Source of the DNA: a virus
Length of the DNA: 64,000 bases
Direction: 5' to 3' (one strand)
IMG/VR virus record: IMGVR_UViG_3300029915_000016
Location: 1 to 64,000 of that record
Shown here: piece by piece, positions 57,750 through 64,000 of the stretch
Numbering within the stretch: the first letter of the stretch is position 1
Layout of the letters: each line of letters begins with the position of its first letter
Program-made: the position numbers and the translations under genes
Notes under the pieces: generated by a model
Told to the model about the DNA's origin: nothing
What the model saw: only the letters and a program-made list of their open reading frames with translations
The model's database searches: none

Positions 57750-57790
57750 ATAAGGGTCGAGCGGCAAAGCCGTTCCAATTTTATCCTTAT
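57750..57790 (+). ncRNA. Y RNA-like 8 or Ro60-binding hairpin in the 5' UTR of Ro60
   Basis: ATAAGGGTCG/TTTATCCTTAT ending 4 nt before the RBS. Confidence 0.65.
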
Positions 57791-57807
57791 GACCGGGAGA
57801 AAGACGA

Positions 57808-59493
57808 ATGAAGAACTATATCACCAATGTAATTGATCCATCCACCACGCCTCAGACTGAGGCACTTCCAAACAAAAACCAAGTGAAGAACTCCGCTGGC
57901 GGATTCGTGTTTGCTGTGACGCCATGGACCCGGCTTGAGAGGTTCCTTGTACTGGGAACTGAGGGCGGATCATACTACGCATCAGAGCGCGATCTGACCA
58001 AGACCAACATCGATGGCCTCAAGTCTGCTTTGGCTGAGGATGGCATCCGGTTTGTCAACACGGTTGCCCAAATCAGTCATGCTGGCCGTGCGCCGAAGAA
58101 TGATCCTGCGTTGTTTGCATTGGCTTTGGCTGTTGCCGACAAGCGCAAGGATGTATCCGCATACGCCCTGAGCAAGCTGTCAGACGTGGCGAGAATTCCC
58201 ACACACCTGTTTTCCTTTGCACAGTACGTGCAGAGCCTACGGGGTTGGGGAAGGGCGCTGCGTGGTGGAGTGGCTGATTGGTATCTGTCTAAGCCTGCTG
58301 ACAAGTTGGCTTACCAACTTGCAAAGTACCAGTCGCGTAACGGATGGTCAAACGCAGACCTTTTGCGCCTGAGTCATGCCAACCCTGAGTTGCAGCCTGA
58401 CCATAAGATTCTTTTGAATTGGGCTGTGAAGGGATGGGAGTCTGTTGGTGACGATCCTCATCCGTCAAAGGCTGTTCTTCCGGTGTGGGCATTTGAAAAG
58501 GCAAAGCGCCTCACTCCTCAAACGGGAATCAAGGAACTGGTTAGTCTCATTGCGGATTACGATCTTCCGCGTGAGTGCATTCCTACCGAGTTCTTGTCTC
58601 ATATTGAGGTATGGGATGCATTGCTTCAGAAGATGCCAATGACGGCCATGATTCGCAACCTTGGAAAGATGACTTCCATCGGACTAGTCTCGCCAAACAG
58701 TGAGGCGGCAAAGATGGTAGGAAAGCGCCTTGAGGACGCAGAACTGCTCCACAAGGCACGGATTCATCCTATCTCTGTGCTGATGGCACAATCTGTCTAC
58801 AAGTGCGGTCATGGACTCAAAGGCAACTTGTCATGGTCTCCTGTACCGCGTGTTGTAAACGCTCTAGAGAAGGCTTTCTATGCTTCTTTTGCCAACGCAC
58901 CAAAGACCGGAAAGAGGTTCTACATCGGCCTTGACGTTTCCGGTTCGATGGGAAGCGGATATGTTGCCGGAAGTCAATTGACTCCTCGTGAGGCTGCTGC
59001 TGCTATGGCAATGGTAACCATGAAGACGGAGGACGAGTATTACATCGCTGGATTCACGAACGGCACATCCCGCTCTGCATGGTCTAGCCAAGGATATGGC
59101 TCTGGTGTCACGAAGTTGGAATTGACTCCTGATATGACTTTGAAAGCTGCTTGCCGGTACACTTCTGATTTGCCTTTCGGTGGAACAGACTGCGCTTTGC
59201 CAATGATCGATGCTTTGGAGAAGAAGATCCCTGCGGACGTGTTCATGGTCATCACTGACTCTGAAACGTGGGCAGGAACCAAGCACCCAACCGTTGCTTT
59301 GCAGGAATACCGCAACAAGATGAAGATCGACGCCAAGTTGATCGTCATGGGAATGGTATCGAACGAGTTCACGATTGCCGATCCTACCGATGCGGGACAG
59401 ATGGACGTGGTTGGATTCGATGCGTCCGTTCCACAGGTCATCGCTCAGTTCATCGGCGTGGATGAGCCTCTGGCTGTTGAAACAGACGACTAA
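57808..59493 (+). CDS. rsr: Ro60 (TROVE + vWA) RNA-binding protein
   Basis: QVKNSAGGFVF, RLERFLVLGTEGGSYY, KYQSRNGWS..DLLRLSH, MPMTAMIRNLGKMT, vWA DVSGSM, GGTDC, TDSETW. Confidence 0.95.
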   Translation: MKNYITNVIDPSTTPQTEALPNKNQVKNSAGGFVFAVTPWTRLERFLVLGTEGGSYYASERDLTKTNIDGLKSALAEDGIRFVNTVAQISHAGRAPKNDPALFALALAVADKRKDVSAYALSKLSDVARIPTHLFSFAQYVQSLRGWGRALRGGVADWYLSKPADKLAYQLAKYQSRNGWSNADLLRLSHANPELQPDHKILLNWAVKGWESVGDDPHPSKAVLPVWAFEKAKRLTPQTGIKELVSLIADYDLPRECIPTEFLSHIEVWDALLQKMPMTAMIRNLGKMTSIGLVSPNSEAAKMVGKRLEDAELLHKARIHPISVLMAQSVYKCGHGLKGNLSWSPVPRVVNALEKAFYASFANAPKTGKRFYIGLDVSGSMGSGYVAGSQLTPREAAAAMAMVTMKTEDEYYIAGFTNGTSRSAWSSQGYGSGVTKLELTPDMTLKAACRYTSDLPFGGTDCALPMIDALEKKIPADVFMVITDSETWAGTKHPTVALQEYRNKMKIDAKLIVMGMVSNEFTIADPTDAGQMDVVGFDASVPQVIAQFIGVDEPLAVETDD

Positions 59494-59512
59494 CAACAAC
59501 CGATTGTGAGCA

Positions 59513-59547
59513 GGGGGTGCGGGAATATTCGCACTCCCTATTTTTTC
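59513..59547 (+). terminator. intrinsic terminator after Ro60
   Basis: GGGGGTGCGG...TCGCACTCCC followed by TATTTTTT. Confidence 0.7.
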
Positions 59548-59557
59548 AGGAGTAAAC

Positions 59558-59881
59558 ATGTATATCGTAGCTCTAATCTGGATGCACTTTGTATCTGATT
59601 TCGTCCTACAATCGGACAAGATGGCGATCAATAAGTCAAAGGATAACCGTTGGCTCTTCTTTCACTGCCTTGTGTACTCTACACCATTCTTTGTCTTTGG
59701 ATGGAAGTTTGGATGCGTCACACTCCTATTCCATTTCGTGACAGACTACTTCACATCTCGTGGAACGTCCTACTTGTGGAAGAAAGAGATGCGCCACTGG
59801 TTCTTCACTTTAATCGGCTTCGATCAAGCGATCCATCTGACGACATTATTTTTCACGTACCGATTTTTATGCTTGCGTTAG
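59558..59881 (+). CDS. DUF3307-like membrane protein
   Basis: HFVSDFVLQ...H...H...D...GFDQAIH. Confidence 0.8.
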   Translation: MYIVALIWMHFVSDFVLQSDKMAINKSKDNRWLFFHCLVYSTPFFVFGWKFGCVTLLFHFVTDYFTSRGTSYLWKKEMRHWFFTLIGFDQAIHLTTLFFTYRFLCLR

Positions 59882-59901
59882 GACTCGAAGTGGTGTACAT
59901 T
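59873..59901 (+). promoter_or_regulatory. putative promoter of tRNA operon C
   Basis: TTGCGT-17 nt-TACATT. Confidence 0.5.
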
Positions 59902-59949
59902 GATTTTACACCGCAGAAGATCGTGCAGTCGCAGTCGGAAGGATTGAAT

Positions 59950-60024
59950 ATGCAGATCAGGACCAAATCCGTGAGATCCATAACCATGACCGGGAAGCGG
60001 GTCATTTGGGGAACTTGCGTATGA
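59950..60024 (+). CDS. leader peptide 3 (Ile/Arg/Thr/Lys/Val/Met/Gly/Trp sensor) of tRNA operon C
   Basis: GGAAGGA RBS; MQIRTKSVRSITMTGKRVIWGTCV; codons match the downstream tRNAs. Confidence 0.8.
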   Translation: MQIRTKSVRSITMTGKRVIWGTCV

Positions 60025-60049
60025 GGGTCTGAGTGCATTTGTGGTACAC

Positions 60050-60080
60050 AGACCTTCGCCTAGAGCGAGGGTTTTTTGTT
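60050..60080 (+). terminator. attenuator terminator of tRNA operon C
   Basis: ACCTTCGC-CTAGA-GCGAGGGT followed by TTTTTGTT. Confidence 0.8.
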
Positions 60081-60096
60081 GGAGTTCTTTGACAAT

Positions 60097-60170
60097 AGGG
60101 GATTAGTCTAATGGCAAAACGTCTGCCTCCAGAGCAGAATTTACGGGTTCGAGTCCTGTATCCCCTGCCA
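60097..60170 (+). tRNA. trnW: tRNA-Trp(CCA)
   Basis: TCTGC-CT-CCA-GA-GCAGA; GCCA. Confidence 0.9.
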
Positions 60171-60175
60171 GATTT

Positions 60176-60244
60176 GGCACGTATCCAAGGCGGAAAGCGG
60201 CTCTCATAAAGCCGTAAACTGGTTCGAGTCCAGACGTGCTACCA
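60176..60244 (+). tRNA. tRNA-Met or Ile2 (CAT), reduced D arm
   Basis: CGGCT-CT-CAT-AA-AGCCG; ACCA; 69 nt. Confidence 0.75.
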
Positions 60245-60305
60245 AGTTCACGGCGGTTTAAACCTAAACCGATGGCGCAACACCATCCTGCCGTGATTAG
60301 TTTTT

Positions 60306-60383
60306 GGGGGTGTAGCTAGTGTTGGCACCAGCAGTCTCCTTATAAGAGACCGTCCGAAGGTTCGATTCCTTCCACCCCTACCA
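60306..60383 (+). tRNA. trnI: tRNA-Ile(TAT)
   Basis: GTCTC-CT-TAT-AA-GAGAC; ACCA. Confidence 0.85.
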
Positions 60384-60387
60384 TAGT

Positions 60388-60474
60388 GGGACTGTGGCCT
60401 AGTCAGGTTTTGGGCACCCGGCTCTTACCCGGCGCGGAAACGCAACGTAGGTTCAAATCCTACCAGTCCCACCA
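60388..60474 (+). tRNA. trnK: tRNA-Lys(CTT) with long variable arm
   Basis: CCGG-CT-CTT-AC-CCGG; GCG-GAAA-CGC arm. Confidence 0.8.
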
Positions 60475-60485
60475 ACACTTTTAAC

Positions 60486-60561
60486 GGGTTTGTCCTCCAA
60501 CGTCTAGGAAACTCGCCTTTTAAGCGAAGCAATGTGGGTTAGAGTCCCACCAAACCCACCA
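60486..60561 (+). tRNA. trnK: tRNA-Lys(TTT)
   Basis: TCGC-CT-TTT-AA-GCGA; ACCA. Confidence 0.85.
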
Positions 60562-60562
60562 T

Positions 60563-60640
60563 GCACTCGTACCGGCCTCGCCTTCTAAGCGAGTTCACCG
60601 TAACTGGAATATGCGAGTTCGACTCTCGCCGAGTGCCCCA
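60563..60640 (+). tRNA. trnR: tRNA-Arg(TCT) lacking a canonical D arm
   Basis: Perfect acceptor, anticodon and T stems; 7-nt connector in place of the D arm. Confidence 0.75.
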
Positions 60641-60645
60641 GTTTT

Positions 60646-60722
60646 GCCGCTGTATCTCCCCTGCCTCCTAAGCAGGTAAGAGTAAGTGGATGATGACGGT
60701 TCGAGTCCGTCCAGCGGTTCCA
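60646..60722 (+). tRNA. trnR: tRNA-Arg(CCT) lacking a canonical D arm
   Basis: CCTGC-CT-CCT-AA-GCAGG; same architecture as its neighbour. Confidence 0.75.
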
Positions 60723-60737
60723 TGAGGGAGAAGTGAA

Positions 60738-61013
60738 ATGCGAAAGTCATCATTAACCGATCCATTGACGGACGAGGAAGTAGACGCAGCAAACGCCGAT
60801 CCTAGCGACATGTGGATTCATGTGCGGTGCAAGGATTGTGGGGATGTTGAGTGTTGCTTCAACCGGACAGTAACGTCATGGCAACGTCGGTGTTTTCCTT
60901 GCCAGATGGGTTGGAAGCCGATGAAGAGCGTTAAGAAGATCGCAGAGGTCAACGGATTCAAGCCAGTTCCTATGCGACAACAGGAAGATACGTTTGATCG
61001 TGAAACACGATGA
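60738..61013 (+). CDS. Cys-rich hypothetical protein
   Basis: GGGAG RBS; CKDC...CFPC. Confidence 0.6.
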   Translation: MRKSSLTDPLTDEEVDAANADPSDMWIHVRCKDCGDVECCFNRTVTSWQRRCFPCQMGWKPMKSVKKIAEVNGFKPVPMRQQEDTFDRETR

Positions 61014-61020
61014 ACTTTTT

Positions 61021-61095
61021 GCAGGCGTGGTGAAACGGAGATCACAAAGCCCCCCGAAGGCTTAATTCTCGGTTCGAATCCGAGCGCTTGTACCA
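61021..61095 (+). tRNA. trnR: tRNA-Arg(CCG), C33
   Basis: AAGCC-CC-CCG-AA-GGCTT. Confidence 0.85.
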
Positions 61096-61103
61096 TAGTT
61101 TTT

Positions 61104-61178
61104 GCCCCGCTCGTCTAAAGGTAAAGACCGAAGTCCTACAAACTTCAGATCGGCGTTCAATTCGTCGGTGGGGCACCA
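61104..61178 (+). tRNA. trnV: tRNA-Val(TAC), C33
   Basis: GAAGT-CC-TAC-AA-ACTTC. Confidence 0.85.
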
Positions 61179-61257
61179 AGTTCGGAGTCTGAGGGTTGGT
61201 AGCCCTTGGAGGTTACAACGCACAGATCGAACACCTGTGACTCTGGGATGTGTAAAT

Positions 61258-61331
61258 GTCGATGTAGCACAGTGGCAGTGCCATTGCTCGGTAAGCAATA
61301 GACCCGCGTTCGATTCGCGGCATCGGCTCCA
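61258..61331 (+). tRNA. trnT: tRNA-Thr(GGT), C33
   Basis: ATTGC-TC-GGT-AA-GCAAT. Confidence 0.85.
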
Positions 61332-61332
61332 T

Positions 61333-61410
61333 GGCGGTCTAGCTCACATTGAGAAGAGCGTTCCCCTGATAAGGGAGAGGCACCCAGTTCAATTCTGGGG
61401 ACCGCCACCA
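61333..61410 (+). tRNA. trnI: tRNA-Ile(GAT)
   Basis: TTCCC-CT-GAT-AA-GGGAG. Confidence 0.9.
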
Positions 61411-61418
61411 TACGTTGT

Positions 61419-61502
61419 GCGGGTCTTGAGTAATTGGTTGCTCAGTGGTCCTCCAAACCACCGCCGTAAGGCATACGGGTTCGACCCCCGTGACCCGCTC
61501 CA
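61419..61502 (+). tRNA. trnG: tRNA-Gly(TCC), C33, long variable arm
   Basis: GTGGT-CC-TCC-AA-ACCAC; TCCA. Confidence 0.85.
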
Positions 61503-61505
61503 TCT

Positions 61506-61835
61506 CTAATTTAGAAAAACAGGATCAACTATATCTATTTTAGATTTAGGTTCCTGTATTTTTACCGGCTGAGGAATAATACCTTGAACTAGAACAAATA
61601 TTCCTCGAAATGTCTCTCTCGTCTCAGCGCACCGCATTCCGAAAAGCTCTTCGCCAAAGTAAACTCCTGCCATATTGGAACAATGCGGATAGGACGTGCT
61701 CACGGTGTATCCTTCTCCTTCTACCCAGTAGAGGGGTTGACCGTATTCTGCAAATTCCTTTTTGTCGATGGTCACTGCTATATATGTTTGTCGTGCATCA
61801 GATATACTTAAACCGAACGCTATTTCATTATTCAT
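61506..61835 (-). CDS. hypothetical protein
   Basis: GGAGG RBS. Confidence 0.65.
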   Translation of the reverse strand: MNNEIAFGLSISDARQTYIAVTIDKKEFAEYGQPLYWVEGEGYTVSTSYPHCSNMAGVYFGEELFGMRCAETRETFRGIFVLVQGIIPQPVKIQEPKSKIDIVDPVFLN

Positions 61836-62008
61836 ATTTTCCTCCGTATTTGAATTGTACTCTTGGATAGGAACTAAAGCGCAGATTAGACAGAAAAATA
61901 GGACTTGTGTTTAGATAGTCCTAGCGCGTAACAATCCCAGTTGCGCAGCCGTTGTACTGTCCTCTCCACGATGGGCCAGCACCTTCCCGGTTGTCGGCCC
62001 TTTGTGTT

Positions 62009-62254
62009 TCATAGAACCAACTCCTCTGGTAGTACCTTAACGGCATCTATGATCCTTTCCGCCTCTCTTTTGGCTACTTCAGGTGTTTCGTAAACAGGAC
62101 CGCTTTCGAGTAGCACTCGTGGCCTTGAGCATCCTGACGGCGTTTTGTCGTCGAACACAATAGCAAGACAATACTTTCCATCTATGGGTCCTAAAGAAGC
62201 GCCATAGATTAGATTCTCTGGATTGCGGATTATAAGAGCAGTCAATCGCGTCAT
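62009..62254 (-). CDS. hypothetical protein
   Basis: TAATG coupling, GGAGG RBS. Confidence 0.65.
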   Translation of the reverse strand: MTRLTALIIRNPENLIYGASLGPIDGKYCLAIVFDDKTPSGCSRPRVLLESGPVYETPEVAKREAERIIDAVKVLPEELVL

Positions 62255-62535
62255 TATTCCTCCAAAAGTTTCCTATACTTCTCTTCTTCTTCCTTGCCGT
62301 GGATATGCAGGATCGTGCTCATAGTTTCTTCGTAGCGTCCTGTACCGCCATCCAAAGTCTTGTCCTCATCGGCGGCTAGGACTTTCAACTCAGACGCTTT
62401 CGGTCCTAAATCCCACTCACTTACGCAGAACATCAACGTCTCTTCTCTTGTCATATCGTAGGCTATGAAGTGGTCTACAATATCGCTGAATGCTGCGTAC
62501 TTCCCGTTAGGTGTCTTAACGATTCTCTGTCCCAT
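62254..62535 (-). CDS. hypothetical protein
   Basis: GAGG RBS; IVKTPNGKYAAFSDIVD motif. Confidence 0.7.
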   Translation of the reverse strand: MGQRIVKTPNGKYAAFSDIVDHFIAYDMTREETLMFCVSEWDLGPKASELKVLAADEDKTLDGGTGRYEETMSTILHIHGKEEEEKYRKLLEE

Positions 62536-62729
62536 TATTCCTCTCCCGAATTTTGTTTCCCATGCGCGTTAGGATTCCGTTGATCCTTCCTATTCTGTTC
62601 TTAATCAGTCTTTTTGACTTATATGCCGCGTATTGAGCAGAGCAAAGAGGACACTCGTTCATTGTGAGGTTTGTGCGAGGATACCGTCTGCTTTAGCTGA
62701 CGGAGGAATCGCATCGTCCTTTCTGTAGA

Positions 62730-63983
62730 TTGACAATTACATCGTAACATAGTATTGTGTGAATGTGAGCATTAAACGCGCATATCGTTTTCGAGTTACC
62801 CCCACGCCTGCTCAAGAGAACATCCTTGCTCGGACGTTTGGGAGTGCGCGTTTTGCCTACAATTACATGCTTCGTCTGCGAACGGATGCATGGTTCAACG
62901 AACAGAAGAGAATCGGCTACCATGAAACCTCCGCTATTCTGACAAAACTAAAGGATAATCCAGAATTCGAGTGGTTGAACGAAGTCAGTTGTGTTCCCGT
63001 CCAGCAATCGTTAAGGCACCTCCAAACCGCTTTTGGAAACTTCTTTGCGCACCGGAACAAGTATCCTATGTTCAAGAAGAAGGACGGAAAACAAGCTGCG
63101 GAGTACACAACTAGCGCATTCAAGTGGGATGGGAAAGAACTGAAACTGGCGAAGATGGATGAACCATTAAATATTATCTGGTCCCGTTCTATCCCTAAAG
63201 CGGCTAAGGTAACAACTTGTACAGTGTCTAAAGACTGCTCAGGCCGATACTTTGTTTCAATGCTATGCGATGATTCAGTAAGCGCAAAGCCTGAAGTTGA
63301 TGGGAAAGTTGGAATTGATCTTGGATTGACACACTTTGCAATTCTGTCCAATGGAGAAAAGATTGCATCTCCTAATACTTTCCGTAAGAACGAAGCTAGA
63401 CTTGCCATACTGCAAAGGAGACTAGCAAAGAAGCATAAAGGTTCCGCCAATCGCGCAAAGGCAAAGCTGAAAGTAGCACGTATCCATGCCAAGATAGCCG
63501 ATACGCGAAAAGATTTTCTCCACAAACTCTCTACACGGCTGATAAACGAAAACCAAGTGATCTCCGTCGAGAGTCTAGCAGTAAACAACATGCAAAAGAA
63601 CCATAGTCTTGCAAAGTCAATCTCCGATGCGAGTTGGTCAGAGTTTGTGAGGCAACTGGAGTACAAAGCACTTTGGTACGGACGCACTTTAATAGGAATT
63701 GATCGCTGGTATCCATCTAGTAAACGATGCAACGATTGCGGGTATACCATCGGTTCTCTTCCGTTGAACGTTCGAGAGTGGACTTGTCCAGAGTGCGGCG
63801 TGGTCCATGATCGAGACATAAACGCAGCACGTAATATCTTGGCCGTAGGGCTTGCGGTGTCAGTCTGTGGAGAGGATGTAAGTCCCGTGTTGCTGTAAAG
63901 CGACATTGGCAGTCCTCGGTGAAGCAGAAAGTCTCAACAGTGATGTTGGGAATCCACCCTCTTTAAGGGGTGGAGGATGTCAA
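62730..63983 (+). mobile_element. TnpB-only IS1341-like element with omega-RNA region; right end ...GGATGTCAA
   Basis: TCCACCCT-CTTTA-AGGGGTGGA hairpin then GGATGTCAA; no tnpA; left end approximate. Confidence 0.7.
62759..63898 (+). CDS. tnpB: TnpB RNA-guided endonuclease (IS200/IS605 family)
   Basis: AYRFRVTP...FGSARFAYN; RuvC GIDLG, SVESL, DRDINAA; zinc finger. Confidence 0.95.
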   Translation: MNVSIKRAYRFRVTPTPAQENILARTFGSARFAYNYMLRLRTDAWFNEQKRIGYHETSAILTKLKDNPEFEWLNEVSCVPVQQSLRHLQTAFGNFFAHRNKYPMFKKKDGKQAAEYTTSAFKWDGKELKLAKMDEPLNIIWSRSIPKAAKVTTCTVSKDCSGRYFVSMLCDDSVSAKPEVDGKVGIDLGLTHFAILSNGEKIASPNTFRKNEARLAILQRRLAKKHKGSANRAKAKLKVARIHAKIADTRKDFLHKLSTRLINENQVISVESLAVNNMQKNHSLAKSISDASWSEFVRQLEYKALWYGRTLIGIDRWYPSSKRCNDCGYTIGSLPLNVREWTCPECGVVHDRDINAARNILAVGLAVSVCGEDVSPVLL

Positions 63984-64000
63984 TTAGATGATTCACAGCC

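Noticed and set aside
58864-59631. 255-aa antisense ORF over Ro60
   Set aside because: Antisense shadow of a clear conserved gene.
59650-60024. 124-aa ORF overlapping DUF3307
   Set aside because: Only the last 24 codons have an RBS; these are called as leader peptide 3.
62917-63906. 329-aa antisense ORF over tnpB
   Set aside because: Antisense shadow of a clear conserved gene.

Overview
This window is a 64 kb segment of a tailed phage or prophage, probably podovirus-like because it has ejection-type proteins and no tape-measure gene. The host cannot be determined from sequence. The left part (0.7-40 kb) is the virion module: terminase, portal, scaffold, capsid, adaptors, signal-peptide-bearing fibre-like proteins, lysis genes and DNA-ejection proteins. 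The middle (40-48 kb) holds small accessory ORFs. The right part (48.6-64 kb) is an RNA-rich island with 37 tRNA genes, several HNH/EndoVII endonucleases, two TnpB genes and a Ro60/TROVE gene. Three things stand out. (1) Each of the three large tRNA operons is preceded by a 23-24 codon leader peptide whose codons match the tRNAs downstream at the isoacceptor level. Each leader is followed by mutually exclusive antiterminator/terminator hairpins, which suggests ribosome-sensed attenuators that switch on phage tRNAs only when the matching host tRNAs are depleted. I know of no description of this. (2) A stand-alone RAMP/Cas7-like gene is followed by a phased (GGY-NN)x24 repeat and a terminator, a candidate RNA-guided system with a gapped code. 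(3) Eight Y-RNA-like ncRNAs with a covarying Ro60-binding stem and different tRNA-derived modules lie directly upstream of Ro60. All calls were made by eye and no database searches were run.
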